A stretch of 60,019 bases of DNA, filler included. It is 4 parts of 4 records of this genome, joined end to end, with 100 filler letters (N's around TTAATTAATTAA, not from the genome) between each part and the next. Parts side by side here need not be neighbours in the genome. Positions count along the whole stretch, not along the records: positions 33,686 to 54,380 come from SRR22947727_1571; 3 more parts are not named here. One strand, written 5' to 3'. A program made the position numbers and the translations under genes. The notes below the pieces were generated by a model, which searched no databases, was not told where the DNA came from, and saw only the letters and a program-made list of their open reading frames with translations. Position 1 is the stretch's first letter; each line of letters starts with the position of its first letter. Shown here piece by piece: positions 40,202-52,500 of this stretch.

Positions 40202-40762
40202 ATGGATCATGATAAGCGGATTGACAAATCAATTACATTTGTGCCGGTAAATATCGCTATTTTAACAGTGTCAGATTCGCGCAAAGCCGATGATGATCGT
40301 TCAGGTGATTTGCTAGTTGGGCGGGTGCAGGAAGATGGGCATAATCTGGCTGGACGCGCCATTGTCACCGATGATTTTGACGCCATCACCAAACAGCTTG
40401 CTAGCTGGGTTGAGGATAAAACTGTTGATGTGATTGTGGCCACTGGCGGTACGGGTCTGACAGGGCGTGATGGCACGCCCGAGGCGTTTCGGGCAATTTT
40501 CGAAAAGGAAATCGAAGGGTTTGGCGAGTTATTTCGCTATATTTCCTTTGCCAAAATTGGCACATCAACGGTGCAGTCCCGCGCCGTGGCTGGCGTTGCT
40601 GGTGGCACCTATCTATTTTCGCTTCCGGGTTCACCATCGGCCTGCCGCGATGGGTGGGATGAGATTTTGCGCTATCAGCTGGATATTCGTCACCGGCCGT
40701 GTAATTTTGTTGAAATCATGCCGCGGCTTGCTGAATCGCCAACCCAGCGCCGTGGTGGCTAA
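40202..40762 (+). CDS. moaB: Molybdenum cofactor biosynthesis protein B
   Basis: LTVSDSR...DRSG, TGGTGLTGRD, GFGELFR, QSRA, LPGS, HRPCNF. Confidence 0.92.
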   Translation: MDHDKRIDKSITFVPVNIAILTVSDSRKADDDRSGDLLVGRVQEDGHNLAGRAIVTDDFDAITKQLASWVEDKTVDVIVATGGTGLTGRDGTPEAFRAIFEKEIEGFGELFRYISFAKIGTSTVQSRAVAGVAGGTYLFSLPGSPSACRDGWDEILRYQLDIRHRPCNFVEIMPRLAESPTQRRGG

Positions 40763-41400
40763 TGCCTGATCTTGACCATGAACGGCAATTCAACGCGCCG
40801 GTCATTGGCATTGACGAGGCCGGACGGGGACCGTGGGCGGGGCCGGTTACGGTAACGGCAATCTGGCTTTGCCCACCTGCCTATGACGCGCTTCCTGCCG
40901 GCATTGATGATTCCAAAAAAATAAAGCCGCCGCGCCGCGCCGCGCTTGCCGCAGCTTTGATGGCACCGCCGCATCTTTCGCAAACGGTCTCGATCGAGGT
41001 TGCGCAGATTGACCAGATGGGCATTTTGAAGGCCACGTTTGCCGGCATGGTGATGGCGGCATCGGAACTGGCCGATAAAATGGTCAAGGCCGGATGGGGC
41101 GCGCCGGTTCATGCGCTTGTCGATGGTAATTTACTGCCCCCCGACATGCCGTTACCAGCAACTGCGCTGATTAAAGGGGACAGCCGGTCATTATCAATTG
41201 CGGCAGCGTCACTCATTGCCAAAACAGCGCGCGACCAAATTATGCAGGATCTTGCTTTGGCCTATCCTGATTATGGCTGGGCAAGCAATATGGGTTATGG
41301 CACCAAGGCGCATCAGGCTGGTCTTGACCAATTTGGTCTAACACCGCATCACCGGCACAGCTTTAAGCCGATCCGCCGCTATCTGGATGTTGGCGACTAA
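40762..41400 (+). CDS. rnhB: Ribonuclease HII
   Basis: GIDEAGRGPWAGPV, DSKK, LVDGN, KGD..SLSIAAASLIAK, HR.SF.P. Confidence 0.95.
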   Translation: MPDLDHERQFNAPVIGIDEAGRGPWAGPVTVTAIWLCPPAYDALPAGIDDSKKIKPPRRAALAAALMAPPHLSQTVSIEVAQIDQMGILKATFAGMVMAASELADKMVKAGWGAPVHALVDGNLLPPDMPLPATALIKGDSRSLSIAAASLIAKTARDQIMQDLALAYPDYGWASNMGYGTKAHQAGLDQFGLTPHHRHSFKPIRRYLDVGD

Positions 41401-41477
41401 CACACCGACACAGCAGTCACCTTTGATCATTTTTCACGCCAAGACCGGTTTGGCGGCGGCCAGGCAGGGAGCCCCCA

Positions 41478-41576
41478 TCACAAGATAGGCATGTTCATAG
41501 ACAGTTCAGCCACAACATATTGATATCGCTTTAAGAAAGCCTGATAAGTTGTTGACTTATATTGATTCTGTGATTC
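41478..41576 (+). promoter_or_regulatory. ccrM upstream region: two candidate NrdR-like boxes and tandem GANTC sites
   Basis: TCACAAGATAGGCATG (41478) and CCACAACATATTGATA (41510), 32 bp apart; GATTC at 41564 and 41572. Confidence 0.45.
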
Positions 41577-41621
41577 TTTTAGACAGATAGCGCTGGCGTT
41601 TGGCTGGCGAAAGATGAATGA

Positions 41622-42722
<1,101 letters not shown>

Positions 42723-42740
42723 CCGGTTTCTACCGGACAT

Positions 42741-42780
42741 GAAAAAGGCTGTGAAGCGTTGCCGCGTCACAGCCTTTTTC
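42741..42780. terminator. Bidirectional intrinsic terminator between ccrM and glcB
   Basis: GAAAAAGGCTGTGA...TCACAGCCTTTTTC inverted repeat between convergent genes. Confidence 0.85.
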
Positions 42781-42797
42781 GCATTTTGTCAGATGCT

Positions 42798-44966
42798 TTA
42801 AGCCGCTTTGGCTTGTACCTTTTTTTCCAGCCTGCGTGCGTGCAAAACCGGCTCGGTATAGCCTGATGGCTGCTCAATGCCTTTAAAGACAAGATCAAGC
42901 GCTGCTTGAAAGGCAATTGACTCGTCAAAATGCCCAGCCATTGGTTCATAAGATGCGTCACCGGCATTTTGTGCATCGACGACAGCCGCCATTTCCTTCA
43001 TCACATCCATAACAAGATCGGCATCACAGATTTTATGGTGAAGCCAATTGGCAATATGCTGTGATGAAATCCGCAAAGTGGCGCGATCTTCCATCAAACC
43101 AACATTGTGAATATCGGGTACTTTCGAACAGCCAACACCCTGATCAATCCAGCGAACGACATAGCCAAGAATGCCCTGGGCATTATTGCGCAATTCGGCG
43201 CGTATATCTTCATCTGACCAATTTGGACGGCTGGCAACCGGAATCGACAGAATATCTGACCGGCTGGCGCGTGCCTTTCCGGTCAATTCGGCTTGACGTT
43301 TGGCAACATCAACCTCGTGATAATGCAAGGCATGCAACGTGGCGGCGGTTGGTGATGGCACCCAGGCGCAATTAGCACCGGCTTTTGGATGGCCAATCTT
43401 CTGGGTAATCATATCGGCCATCAAATCTGGCATGGCCCACATGCCTTTGCCAATTTGTGCCTTGCCCGAAAATCCACAAGCAAGCCCAATATCGACATTC
43501 CAATCTTCATAGGCTGAAATCCATGCTGCGGCTTTCATATCGCCTTTGCGGATCATTGCGCCAGCATACATTGATGTATGAATCTCATCGCCCGTGCGAT
43601 CAAGGAATCCGGTATTGATAAAGGCAACGCGTGATTTCGCCGCCCGGATACATTCTTTCAAATTAACCGTGGTACGGCGTTCTTCATCCATGATGCCAAT
43701 TTTGATAGTATTGGCAGGAAGCTGAAGAAGCTGTTCGACCATATCAAAGGTTTCAACAGCAAAAGCCACTTCATCGGGGCCGTGCATTTTGGGTTTTACA
43801 ACATAGATTGAACCGGCTGGTGAATTCTGCTTGCTGGCAAAATCAGGCAGCGCCGCGGCAACTGAAATAAACGCATCTAAAATACCTTCGGGAATTTCAC
43901 TCCCATCGGATAAAAGTACGGCCGGGTTACTCATCAAATGCCCAACATTGCGAACCAGCATCAAGGCCCGTCCGCGCAGCGTCTGACGGCTGCCGTCAGC
44001 GGCGATAAAGCTTTTATCGTCATTCAATTTGCGATCCATCATTTCACCATTCTTGGTGAAGCTCGCGGTCAGGGTGCCGCGCATGATCTTGTTCCAATTG
44101 CGATAGGCAAGAACCTTATCTTCAGCATCAACCGCGGCAATCGAATCTTCAAGATCAATGATGCTTGTCAGTGCTGATTCAACCATTACATCATTAATAT
44201 GCGCTGCATCACCGGCGCCAATCGTGCCATTGGCATCAATGATGATTTCAAGATGAAGCCCGTTCTTGATCAGAATAACGCTGCTTGGTGAATCGGCTTT
44301 GCCGGTATAGCCGACAAACTGGTCATGATCGCCAAGGTCTGTATGGCCATCACCCATTGCCACGACAAGCGACTCATCGGCAATGGCAAAACCGGTTACA
44401 TCATTCCAACTGCCCTTTGCCAGCGGTGCTGATTTATTCAAAAGATCACGCGCAAAGGCAATGACCTTATTGCCACGAACCGGATTATAGCTGTTTGTTT
44501 TTTCGGCGCCATCGGCGTCACCAATCGCATCAGTTCCGTATAGCGCGTCATAAAGACTGCCCCAACGCGCATTGGCGGCGTTCAGCGAATAGCGTGCATT
44601 GGTAATTGGCACAACAAGCTGTGGGCCGGCAATGGTGGCAATTTCAGGATCGACATTGCTGGTTTCAATGTTGAAATCGCCGCCATCTGCATGAAGATAG
44701 CCAATGTCACTTAAAAATGATTCATAGGCGACTGGATCAATGCCGTCATTGCTATGTGCTTTTAGCCAGTCATTAATCTGGTTTTGCAGCTTGGCCCTTG
44801 TTTCCAAAAGTGCCTGATTTTTGGGCGCAAGTTGGTGCGCCACCTGATCAAAACCGGTCCAGAAATCTGCAGGCGTGATATTGGTGCCAGCAAGAATTTC
44901 GTCATTCACTAAATCATAAAGAACCGTGGCAATGGTTAAACCGCCATGGATGGTAACATCTGACAT
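42798..44966 (-). CDS. glcB: Malate synthase G
   Basis: [62 protein letters not shown]. Start MSDV at 44966 with SD GGAG. Confidence 0.96.
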   Translation of the reverse strand: MSDVTIHGGLTIATVLYDLVNDEILAGTNITPADFWTGFDQVAHQLAPKNQALLETRAKLQNQINDWLKAHSNDGIDPVAYESFLSDIGYLHADGGDFNIETSNVDPEIATIAGPQLVVPITNARYSLNAANARWGSLYDALYGTDAIGDADGAEKTNSYNPVRGNKVIAFARDLLNKSAPLAKGSWNDVTGFAIADESLVVAMGDGHTDLGDHDQFVGYTGKADSPSSVILIKNGLHLEIIIDANGTIGAGDAAHINDVMVESALTSIIDLEDSIAAVDAEDKVLAYRNWNKIMRGTLTASFTKNGEMMDRKLNDDKSFIAADGSRQTLRGRALMLVRNVGHLMSNPAVLLSDGSEIPEGILDAFISVAAALPDFASKQNSPAGSIYVVKPKMHGPDEVAFAVETFDMVEQLLQLPANTIKIGIMDEERRTTVNLKECIRAAKSRVAFINTGFLDRTGDEIHTSMYAGAMIRKGDMKAAAWISAYEDWNVDIGLACGFSGKAQIGKGMWAMPDLMADMITQKIGHPKAGANCAWVPSPTAATLHALHYHEVDVAKRQAELTGKARASRSDILSIPVASRPNWSDEDIRAELRNNAQGILGYVVRWIDQGVGCSKVPDIHNVGLMEDRATLRISSQHIANWLHHKICDADLVMDVMKEMAAVVDAQNAGDASYEPMAGHFDESIAFQAALDLVFKGIEQPSGYTEPVLHARRLEKKVQAKAA

Positions 44967-45162
44967 TATTTGCTCCGCTTTAGCAGGCAACCCGTGACGT
45001 TCATCGGGAAGGGGGGCATGGATGAAATTTTTTTCATCTTTAACCGAAGCGGCCGGTCGTTTCAAGTTGCAAGGCGCGTGTTTTGCTGGAAATCGTCATA
45101 ATTCGGGGGTAGATTTTTCGGTAATTGGTTTTTGATGACCAAACTGTTCAAGGCGGCTGGTT

Positions 45163-46548
45163 TTATGGCCGCTGCCATGCCAGCCCAGCACCAGCCAACG
45201 CATCTTCAATTTGACCAACAAGCGTGTTTAGAATTTCGGGTGTTTTGCCCTCGGCCCGCGCGACAAGCGCCGCCTCGGTGTTTGAGGCGCGAACAAGCCA
45301 CCAGCCGTCATCATTTTGCACTCTTACGCCATCAATAAGGTTTAGGTTTTCTTCGCCAAACCGCGCTTTTGCTTCAATGGCAAGCCGGTCAATAACACCA
45401 AATTTCTGATCATCAGGGCAATCAATGCGTAATTCAGGCGTTGCATGTTGTGGCGGCAAGCCATCAACAAAATCGGTGATGCTTTGGCCGGTCTTGGCCA
45501 TCTGACAAAGAACGCGAAGGCCAACATAAAGCGCATCATCAAATCCGTAAAACCCGTCCTTGATAAAAATATGTCCTGACATTTCACCGGCCAATGGTGC
45601 GTTAATTTCGGCCATTCGGGTCTTCATGTGGCTATGTCCGGTTTTCCAGATTTGCGCATCACCACCACCCTCGGCGATTAAGGCCATCGCCATATCGGAT
45701 GATTTCACATCGAGAATAATTGGCGCACCGGCATGCCGTGCCAAAATATCACGCGCCAGAAAAGCGGTTAAGAAATCCCCTGGCACCTGACGGCCTTTGG
45801 CATCGACAATGCCAATCCGGTCGCCGTCACCATCAAAGCCAATGCCAAGATCTGCGCCAGCATCAGCAACAGCTTTTCGTAAAATGGCTAAAGTTTCTGG
45901 ATCAACAGGGTTGGGGTGATGATTGGGAAATGTGCCATCAATATCGCCAAACAGGACTTTGTGATTGCCACTGATTTTCTGTGTTGCGGCAATTGTCGCT
46001 GGTCCTGATGCGCCATTGCCACAATCCCAAATCACGGTGAAATCGCCGGTATTGGTATCGGCAATCAGGCGACTGATATAATCGTCAAAAATTGGCACTT
46101 CGCTGTGGCTACCCCCTTCTTGAAGTGTGGGGCCATTGGCGCTGATGGCACCAAGGTCTTGAATATCATCACCAAAGAAAACCGTGCCATCCATCACCAT
46201 TTTAAACCCGTTATGTGTTGGCGGGTTATGCGATCCGGTTACTTGGATGGCGGCGTTGGCGTTAAGGGTGACACCAGCATAATAAAGCATCGGTGTAGGG
46301 CCACATCCAATATCACTAACCCGCGCCCCGCCGGCAACCAAACCATCGCAAAGCGCTGCTGCCAGAGCGGGTGATGATAATCGTCCATCACGGCCAACCG
46401 CGACATGATTGCCATAGCCGCGTTGGCGAAGACAGGCAGCAAAAGCAATGCCAATGGCCTTTGCATCATTCAGCGTCAATGTCTTATCAACAATGCCGCG
46501 AATGTCATAAGCGCGTAAAATGCTTGGATGAAAAACATGCTTTGTCAT
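45163..46548 (-). CDS. Phosphomannomutase/phosphoglucomutase
   Basis: AYDIRG, TGSHNP, FDGDGDR, GEMSGH, RASNTE. Confidence 0.94.
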   Translation of the reverse strand: MTKHVFHPSILRAYDIRGIVDKTLTLNDAKAIGIAFAACLRQRGYGNHVAVGRDGRLSSPALAAALCDGLVAGGARVSDIGCGPTPMLYYAGVTLNANAAIQVTGSHNPPTHNGFKMVMDGTVFFGDDIQDLGAISANGPTLQEGGSHSEVPIFDDYISRLIADTNTGDFTVIWDCGNGASGPATIAATQKISGNHKVLFGDIDGTFPNHHPNPVDPETLAILRKAVADAGADLGIGFDGDGDRIGIVDAKGRQVPGDFLTAFLARDILARHAGAPIILDVKSSDMAMALIAEGGGDAQIWKTGHSHMKTRMAEINAPLAGEMSGHIFIKDGFYGFDDALYVGLRVLCQMAKTGQSITDFVDGLPPQHATPELRIDCPDDQKFGVIDRLAIEAKARFGEENLNLIDGVRVQNDDGWWLVRASNTEAALVARAEGKTPEILNTLVGQIEDALAGAGLAWQRP

Positions 46549-46643
46549 GTGAAGGCCTTTGATCGAAATCTTTGCTGGTGGGGTCGGCAACAACGCAATG
46601 CGTCAGAACAATATCTTATGCCAATCAGTGACGCTGCGGGAGT

Positions 46644-47504
46644 TTAGGATAATGCCATGCGGTTTTTAATCCAGCTTGCAAGCGGTTCGGCAAGATCATC
46701 GCGCGACATGGCAAAAGCGATATTGGCCTGTATAAACCCGATTTTTGATCCGCAATCAAACCTTTCGCCTGAAAAGCGAAATCCGTGAAATGGCACTTTG
46801 CCAATCTGGCGCGCCAGCGCATCGGTCAATTGCACCTCGTTACCGGTGCCGCGATCTTGCGTGCCAAGCTGGGCGAAAACCCCTGATTCGATGATATAGC
46901 GGCCAACAATACCAATATTTGACGGGGCATTTGCTGGATCAGGTTTTTCAACAAGCCCTGATACTTCGATAAGCTGTCCATGATCGGCACCGGGGGTGAT
47001 GATTCCATAAGAGCCGGTTTCGGATTTTGGAACATCCATAACCGCAACCATGTTGCCGCCTTGATATGATGCCACCATTTCAGCCAGACAACTTGAACCA
47101 AGGATCAAATCATCAGCAAGAAGAACGGCAACCGGTTCATCATGGATCAAATGACGCGCGCACCAAACAGCATGGCCAAGACCAGCCGGTTCTTGCTGGC
47201 GAACATAGGCCACAGTTCCCGGTTCGTGAATCATGCCGCGCACGGTTTCAAGTGCGGCTGCCTTGCCCTTGGCAAAAAGTGTTTCTTCCAATTCAAAGGA
47301 ATGATCAAAATGATCTTCAATGGCGGTTTTGTTACGGCCGGTCACAAAGATGAATTCTTCGATACCGGCGGCTGCGGCTTCTTCGACGGCATATTGGATT
47401 AACGGCTTATCAACAACGGGAAGCATTTCCTTTGGCAGCGCCTTTGTGGCTGGTAAAAACCTTGTGCCAAGTCCGCCAACGGGGAAAATCGCTTTTTTGA
47501 TCAT
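46644..47504 (-). CDS. galU: UTP-glucose-1-phosphate uridylyltransferase
   Basis: GGLGTRFLPATKALPKEMLP, VEKP, QLTDA, RFDCGSK. Confidence 0.95.
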   Translation of the reverse strand: MIKKAIFPVGGLGTRFLPATKALPKEMLPVVDKPLIQYAVEEAAAAGIEEFIFVTGRNKTAIEDHFDHSFELEETLFAKGKAAALETVRGMIHEPGTVAYVRQQEPAGLGHAVWCARHLIHDEPVAVLLADDLILGSSCLAEMVASYQGGNMVAVMDVPKSETGSYGIITPGADHGQLIEVSGLVEKPDPANAPSNIGIVGRYIIESGVFAQLGTQDRGTGNEVQLTDALARQIGKVPFHGFRFSGERFDCGSKIGFIQANIAFAMSRDDLAEPLASWIKNRMALS

Positions 47505-47729
47505 TCGTGCTGTTCCTTAAAATGCGGCTTATCGAAATGGTGACGCCACCATCATAAAGGCTTACTCTGCAGCGGTAAAATAGGTCAAGTCACCTTTGCG
47601 CGAAACCTTGCCATAAAAAATGCCAAAATCCTAATCGGTGATAATTCTTGCCGCCTTCCCGAACTCTTTGATTGATCAAATTTTGCCTGCCTGTTATCAA
47701 ACCTTAGGGCGATCATAGGAATCAATATT

Positions 47730-49034
47730 GTGAAAATTGCAGTCATTGGCACTGGATATGTCGGTCTTGTCTCGGGGGCGTGTTTTTCCGAATTTGGATT
47801 TGATGTCACTTGCATCGATAAAGACCCGGCGAAAATTCAAAAAATCAACCAAGGTGAAATGCCGATTTACGAGCCCGGTCTGGCCGAGCTTGTGGCGCGC
47901 AATGTCAAGGCTGGAAGGCTGCATTTCGATCTTGATCTCGGCGCGGCGGTTGCCGCTGCTGATGCTGTCTTTATCGCTGTTGGCACCCCGACACGTCGCG
48001 GCGATGGCCATGCTGATTTGTCATTTGTGTATGCTGCAGCTGAAGACATTGCCAAGCATCTGTCAGGCTATACGGTTGTTGTGACCAAATCGACCGTTCC
48101 GGTTGGCACCGGCCGCGATGTTGCTGGCATCATTGCCAAAACAAATCCTGATGCAAAATTTGATATTGCTTCAAATCCAGAATTTTTGCGTGAAGGCGCA
48201 GCGATTGCCGATTTCATGCGTCCTGACCGTGTTGTTGTTGGTGCTGAAACCGACGCTGCCCGCGATGTAATGCGCGCGTTGTACCGGCCGCTATTTCTGA
48301 TCGAAACACCAATTTTATTTACTAATCTGGAAACATCCGAATTGATCAAATATGCCAGCAATGCCTTTTTGGCGGTAAAGATTTCCTATATTAACCAGAT
48401 GGCCGACTTGTGTGAGAAAGTTGGGGCAAATGTCCATGATGTTGCCAAGGGCATGGGGCTGGATAAACGGATTGGCAATAAATTCCTGCATCCGGGGCCG
48501 GGCTATGGCGGGTCTTGTTTTCCAAAAGACACATTGGCACTTGTCAAAACAGCCGAACAGCAATCAAGCGATCTAAGCATTGTTGATGCGGTTGTTGGCT
48601 ATAATCAGGCGCGAAAAACCGCCATGGCCGATCGTGTTATCGCCGCCATGGGTGGGTCCGTTGCTGGCGCAAAGATTGCCATTTTGGGGCTGGCCTTTAA
48701 GCCGGAAACCGATGATATGCGCGACAGCCCATCGCTTGATATCATTGATGCCTTAACCAAGGCAGGGGCAGTTTTGCGCGCCTATGATCCAAAGGCGATG
48801 GATGAGGCACGCCATCTTTTGCCACAAAATCTCACATTTTGTGATGGCGCAACCGATTGCCTGAATGGCGCTGATGCTGCTGTTATTGTCACTGAATGGA
48901 ACGAGTTTCGCGCTTTGACGCCAGCGCAATTTGCCGCCGCAATGCGCGGGCGGGTTCTTGTCGATTTGCGGAATGTCTATGAACCAGGCGCGATGCAGGA
49001 TGCTGGCTTTACCTATTTGTCGATTGGCCGCTAG
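47730..49034 (+). CDS. ugd: UDP-glucose 6-dehydrogenase
   Basis: GTGYVGL, KSTVPVGT, SNPEFLREG, GYGGSCFPKD, FKPETDDMRDSP. Confidence 0.95.
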   Translation: MKIAVIGTGYVGLVSGACFSEFGFDVTCIDKDPAKIQKINQGEMPIYEPGLAELVARNVKAGRLHFDLDLGAAVAAADAVFIAVGTPTRRGDGHADLSFVYAAAEDIAKHLSGYTVVVTKSTVPVGTGRDVAGIIAKTNPDAKFDIASNPEFLREGAAIADFMRPDRVVVGAETDAARDVMRALYRPLFLIETPILFTNLETSELIKYASNAFLAVKISYINQMADLCEKVGANVHDVAKGMGLDKRIGNKFLHPGPGYGGSCFPKDTLALVKTAEQQSSDLSIVDAVVGYNQARKTAMADRVIAAMGGSVAGAKIAILGLAFKPETDDMRDSPSLDIIDALTKAGAVLRAYDPKAMDEARHLLPQNLTFCDGATDCLNGADAAVIVTEWNEFRALTPAQFAAAMRGRVLVDLRNVYEPGAMQDAGFTYLSIGR

Positions 49035-49089
49035 TAGGCCAAAATCACGATAAAGTTTCGTCTCGTTTGGTGCTTTAAAGGAACGCAAA

Positions 49090-49494
49090 ATGCAAAAGCC
49101 TGAAATTCAATCGATTGACCATATTGTTATGCAGGCGGCCGATCTGGCGGCAACGATCAAATTCTACGCTGAAATTCTGGGCATGGAGCATAGCTCATTC
49201 CAGCCGCCAACAGGGGGGCCGGTGCGCCAGTCCTTGCATTTCGGATTGCAAAAGATCAATTTGCATGACGCCGCATCGCCGTTTATTCCACATGCCAAAA
49301 ACCCGGTTGCTGGCAGTGTTGATCTATGTTTCATCACAACGCAGCCGCTTGCCGATTGGCAAACGCATCTTGCCAATCATGGCATTGATATTGAAGATGG
49401 ACCGGTTCGCAAAACCGGCGCAAACGGCCCGCTTTTGTCAGTTTATATTCGTGACCCCGACCATAATCTGATCGAAATTTCCAATTATATCTAA
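49090..49494 (+). CDS. VOC/glyoxalase family protein
   Basis: IDHIV, QKINLH, GSVDLCF, SVYIRDPDHNLIEIS. Confidence 0.9.
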   Translation: MQKPEIQSIDHIVMQAADLAATIKFYAEILGMEHSSFQPPTGGPVRQSLHFGLQKINLHDAASPFIPHAKNPVAGSVDLCFITTQPLADWQTHLANHGIDIEDGPVRKTGANGPLLSVYIRDPDHNLIEISNYI

Positions 49495-49505
49495 CAAGAT
49501 AAACC

Positions 49506-52500
49506 CTATTCGGCAGCCATATCAATTGGCGGTGGCAGAGTTGAGATTTGCGCAATGATTGTGGTGATTTGTGGCGCATAGCGCGAATGATTTGCCGCCC
49601 TGATATGACCATAGCCGCGAACCTTCAGCATCAGCTCCAGCGCTGTTTTGATTTGATCCTGCCGGTCAGGTGATGCCGCCATACCAAGCGCGTCAAGCCA
49701 ATCAATGACCCGTTCACGATAAGCGCGCTCGGCGCGCCGATCGGTTGCATAGCCAAAAGGATCGGCCCAGCTATCGCGCAGCCATGACAGGCGCGCAAGA
49801 CCGCGCAAATAAGGCGTCAACCAGCGGCCAAAACGTATCTTGCGTGGGCTGCCATCACGCGCCTTTAGCCATGCCAGCATCGGCGGGGCAAGATGATAGG
49901 AAATGGCGGCATCCTTGCCAGCCACCGCGGCAATTTTTGTGGTAAAATCGGTGCTGGTTAATTGGCGCGCCACTTCATATTCATCCTTGATTGCCATCGC
50001 CCGATATAGCGCCCGCGCCGCCGCTACGCCAATGTCGTTTGATAGACTATCTTGGCTTTTTAACCGTGTCATAAATTGCGTAATGATTGTTTCATAGCGC
50101 GCGGCATAGGCGGCATTTTGATAGCTTTTTAATTGCGCGGTAAAATAGGCAATCGCCCTATCGGGATCGTTTAGTGCTGTTTCATTTTGTGGGATCGCTG
50201 TAATCGCATCAAGATGGGCAAACAGCTTGTCCGGTGCATGCGCCAGCAACCGGCCCCATCGCAATGCGGCAAGATTATTTTCAAGCGATGTGCCGTTCAG
50301 CCGCAAGGCGGCCTCAACCGCATCAATGCCAAGCGGGATAAACCCTTTTTGAAGCGCCCAACCAAGCATGATGATATTGCTTGACGTCGTGCTTCCCAAA
50401 AGCTGATTGGCAAGCGATGAAATGGCCCATTTGACAATATGATCCGGATTCATGGCTGTGCCAAGACGGGTCATCACAAGCGGCATATCAACAGTGCTTC
50501 CAATTCCGACGCCAGCAACGCCGACCGGATCAATATTATCATTGAGAATGGCACGGCTTTGGGTTTTGTTAAGAAGGCCAAGAACCATATCATTTGCCGC
50601 CACCACCGCATCACAGCCAATCAACAAATCAGCTTCATGGCTTGGCAGCCGCACCATATGTCCATCAAGTGATTGATTGCGGGCAAGCCTGATTTGTGAG
50701 GTGACGCCACCGTTTTTTTGCGACAGGCCGGTTTGATTGACCGCGGTTCCGGCAATGCCATCAACCCGCGCGGCCATAATCAAAATACCGGCAAGCGTGG
50801 AAACGCCGGTACCGCCAATGCCGGCGATGAAAATATTGCAAATATCGCCGCTGGCTGGGGGTGGCATTGGCAGTGTTATATCTTCTGGAAAAGTTGGCTT
50901 TACAAAGGTCTTTGCCGGGGTTGATTGGCAGCTTTTATCGGCTTTTTTGACCGTTACAAAGCTTGGACAAAACCCGTTCAGGCATGACATATCTTTATTG
51001 CATAGGCTTTGGTCGATCTGGCGTTTTTCACCTTCAGGTCGCATCAGGGGTTTGACAGCGACACAATTTGATTTGACTGCACAATCACCACAGCCTTCAC
51101 AGACAGCGTCATTGATCATGATCGTTTCAGGTTTATCGGCAATCAGCCCGCGCTTGCGTTTGCGCCGCAATTCGGTTGCACAGCCCTGAACATAAATGAT
51201 TGCGGTAACGCCCGCGATTGATTTTAGTTCCTGCTGCAATGCCAGCATATCTTGGCGATCATAAAACTGGCAATTGCTGGCCCAATTGGCGCCAGTCAGC
51301 AACGCATCCGGCGTGTCACTGACGACAGCGATTTTGACCACGCCTTCGGCGGCGAGCTGGCGGGAAATAACCCATGGTGGCTGTCCGCCTTCAACAGTCT
51401 GGCCGCCGGTCATTGCCACCGCGCCATTATATAGAATTTTAAAGGTGATATTGACCCCCGCCGCCACCGCCGCGCGAATGCCAAGATAGCCCGAATGGGC
51501 ATAGGTGCCATCGCCGATATTCTGGAAACTATGGTGGTGGCTTGAAAAGGGTGCCCGCCCAATCCAAAAGGCACCCTCGCCGCCCATCTGGGTGAAATTG
51601 GTGATGATGTCAGGTGTTAAAAACCCGCTGATCGAATGACAGCCAATGCCCATCCCAACAATTTCACCGTCAGGAAGCTTGGTGCTGGAATTATGCGGAC
51701 AGCCCGCACAATACCATGGCGTGCGCGCGGCTATTTTGGGAAGGTCGGCGATGGTGATGTCTGGCTGTATTATTGGGCGCATTGCAATGTCATGCGCGCT
51801 CGCACGTTCGCGTATCGCCGCCATCAAAATGGCATGGGTGATTTCGCCAGTTTCGGGCAAAAGGCGTGAACCATCTGGGGCCAATTTGCCGGTGATGACC
51901 GCGCGGTCGGCAAGATTGACCACCGCCCGTGCCATTTGATCTTCAACGATGGGACGTTTTTCTTCGACCACCATCACCTCATCATAATATTTCGCAAAAT
52001 CAACAAGGCTTGCTGGGTCAATTGGCCATGGCATGACAATAGAAAATAGGCCAATGCCGGCTTTTGCTGGATCATCAATGCCAAGGCTGGCAAGCGCGTC
52101 ATTGACCTCATAAGTTGTTTTTCCAACCGTCATGATGCCAAGTTTGCCAATGGCTGGCTGGCTGCCGATTATGCTGTTTATATTTTGCGCTTTTTGAAAC
52201 CGGCGAACGGCTGGAAGCCGAAAATTAAACAGCCGGTCTTCACGAACCAATGCCGGATCATGGCGGCCAATATGAACTGGCCCCGATTCATCATTTGCGG
52301 TGATTTCGGGGCGAATCCGGTCAAGATCAATAATGCTGCTTGCATCGGCGGTATCGACAACAATTTTCATACCAACACAGCATCCCGCCAAACGCGATAA
52401 GGCAAAAGCCTGCAACCCCATGGGAATAATGTCATGGATTGATCGCGGGTAGAAAAATGGCACACCAGCGGCAATGAAGGTTTGTTCGGACTGATAGGCA

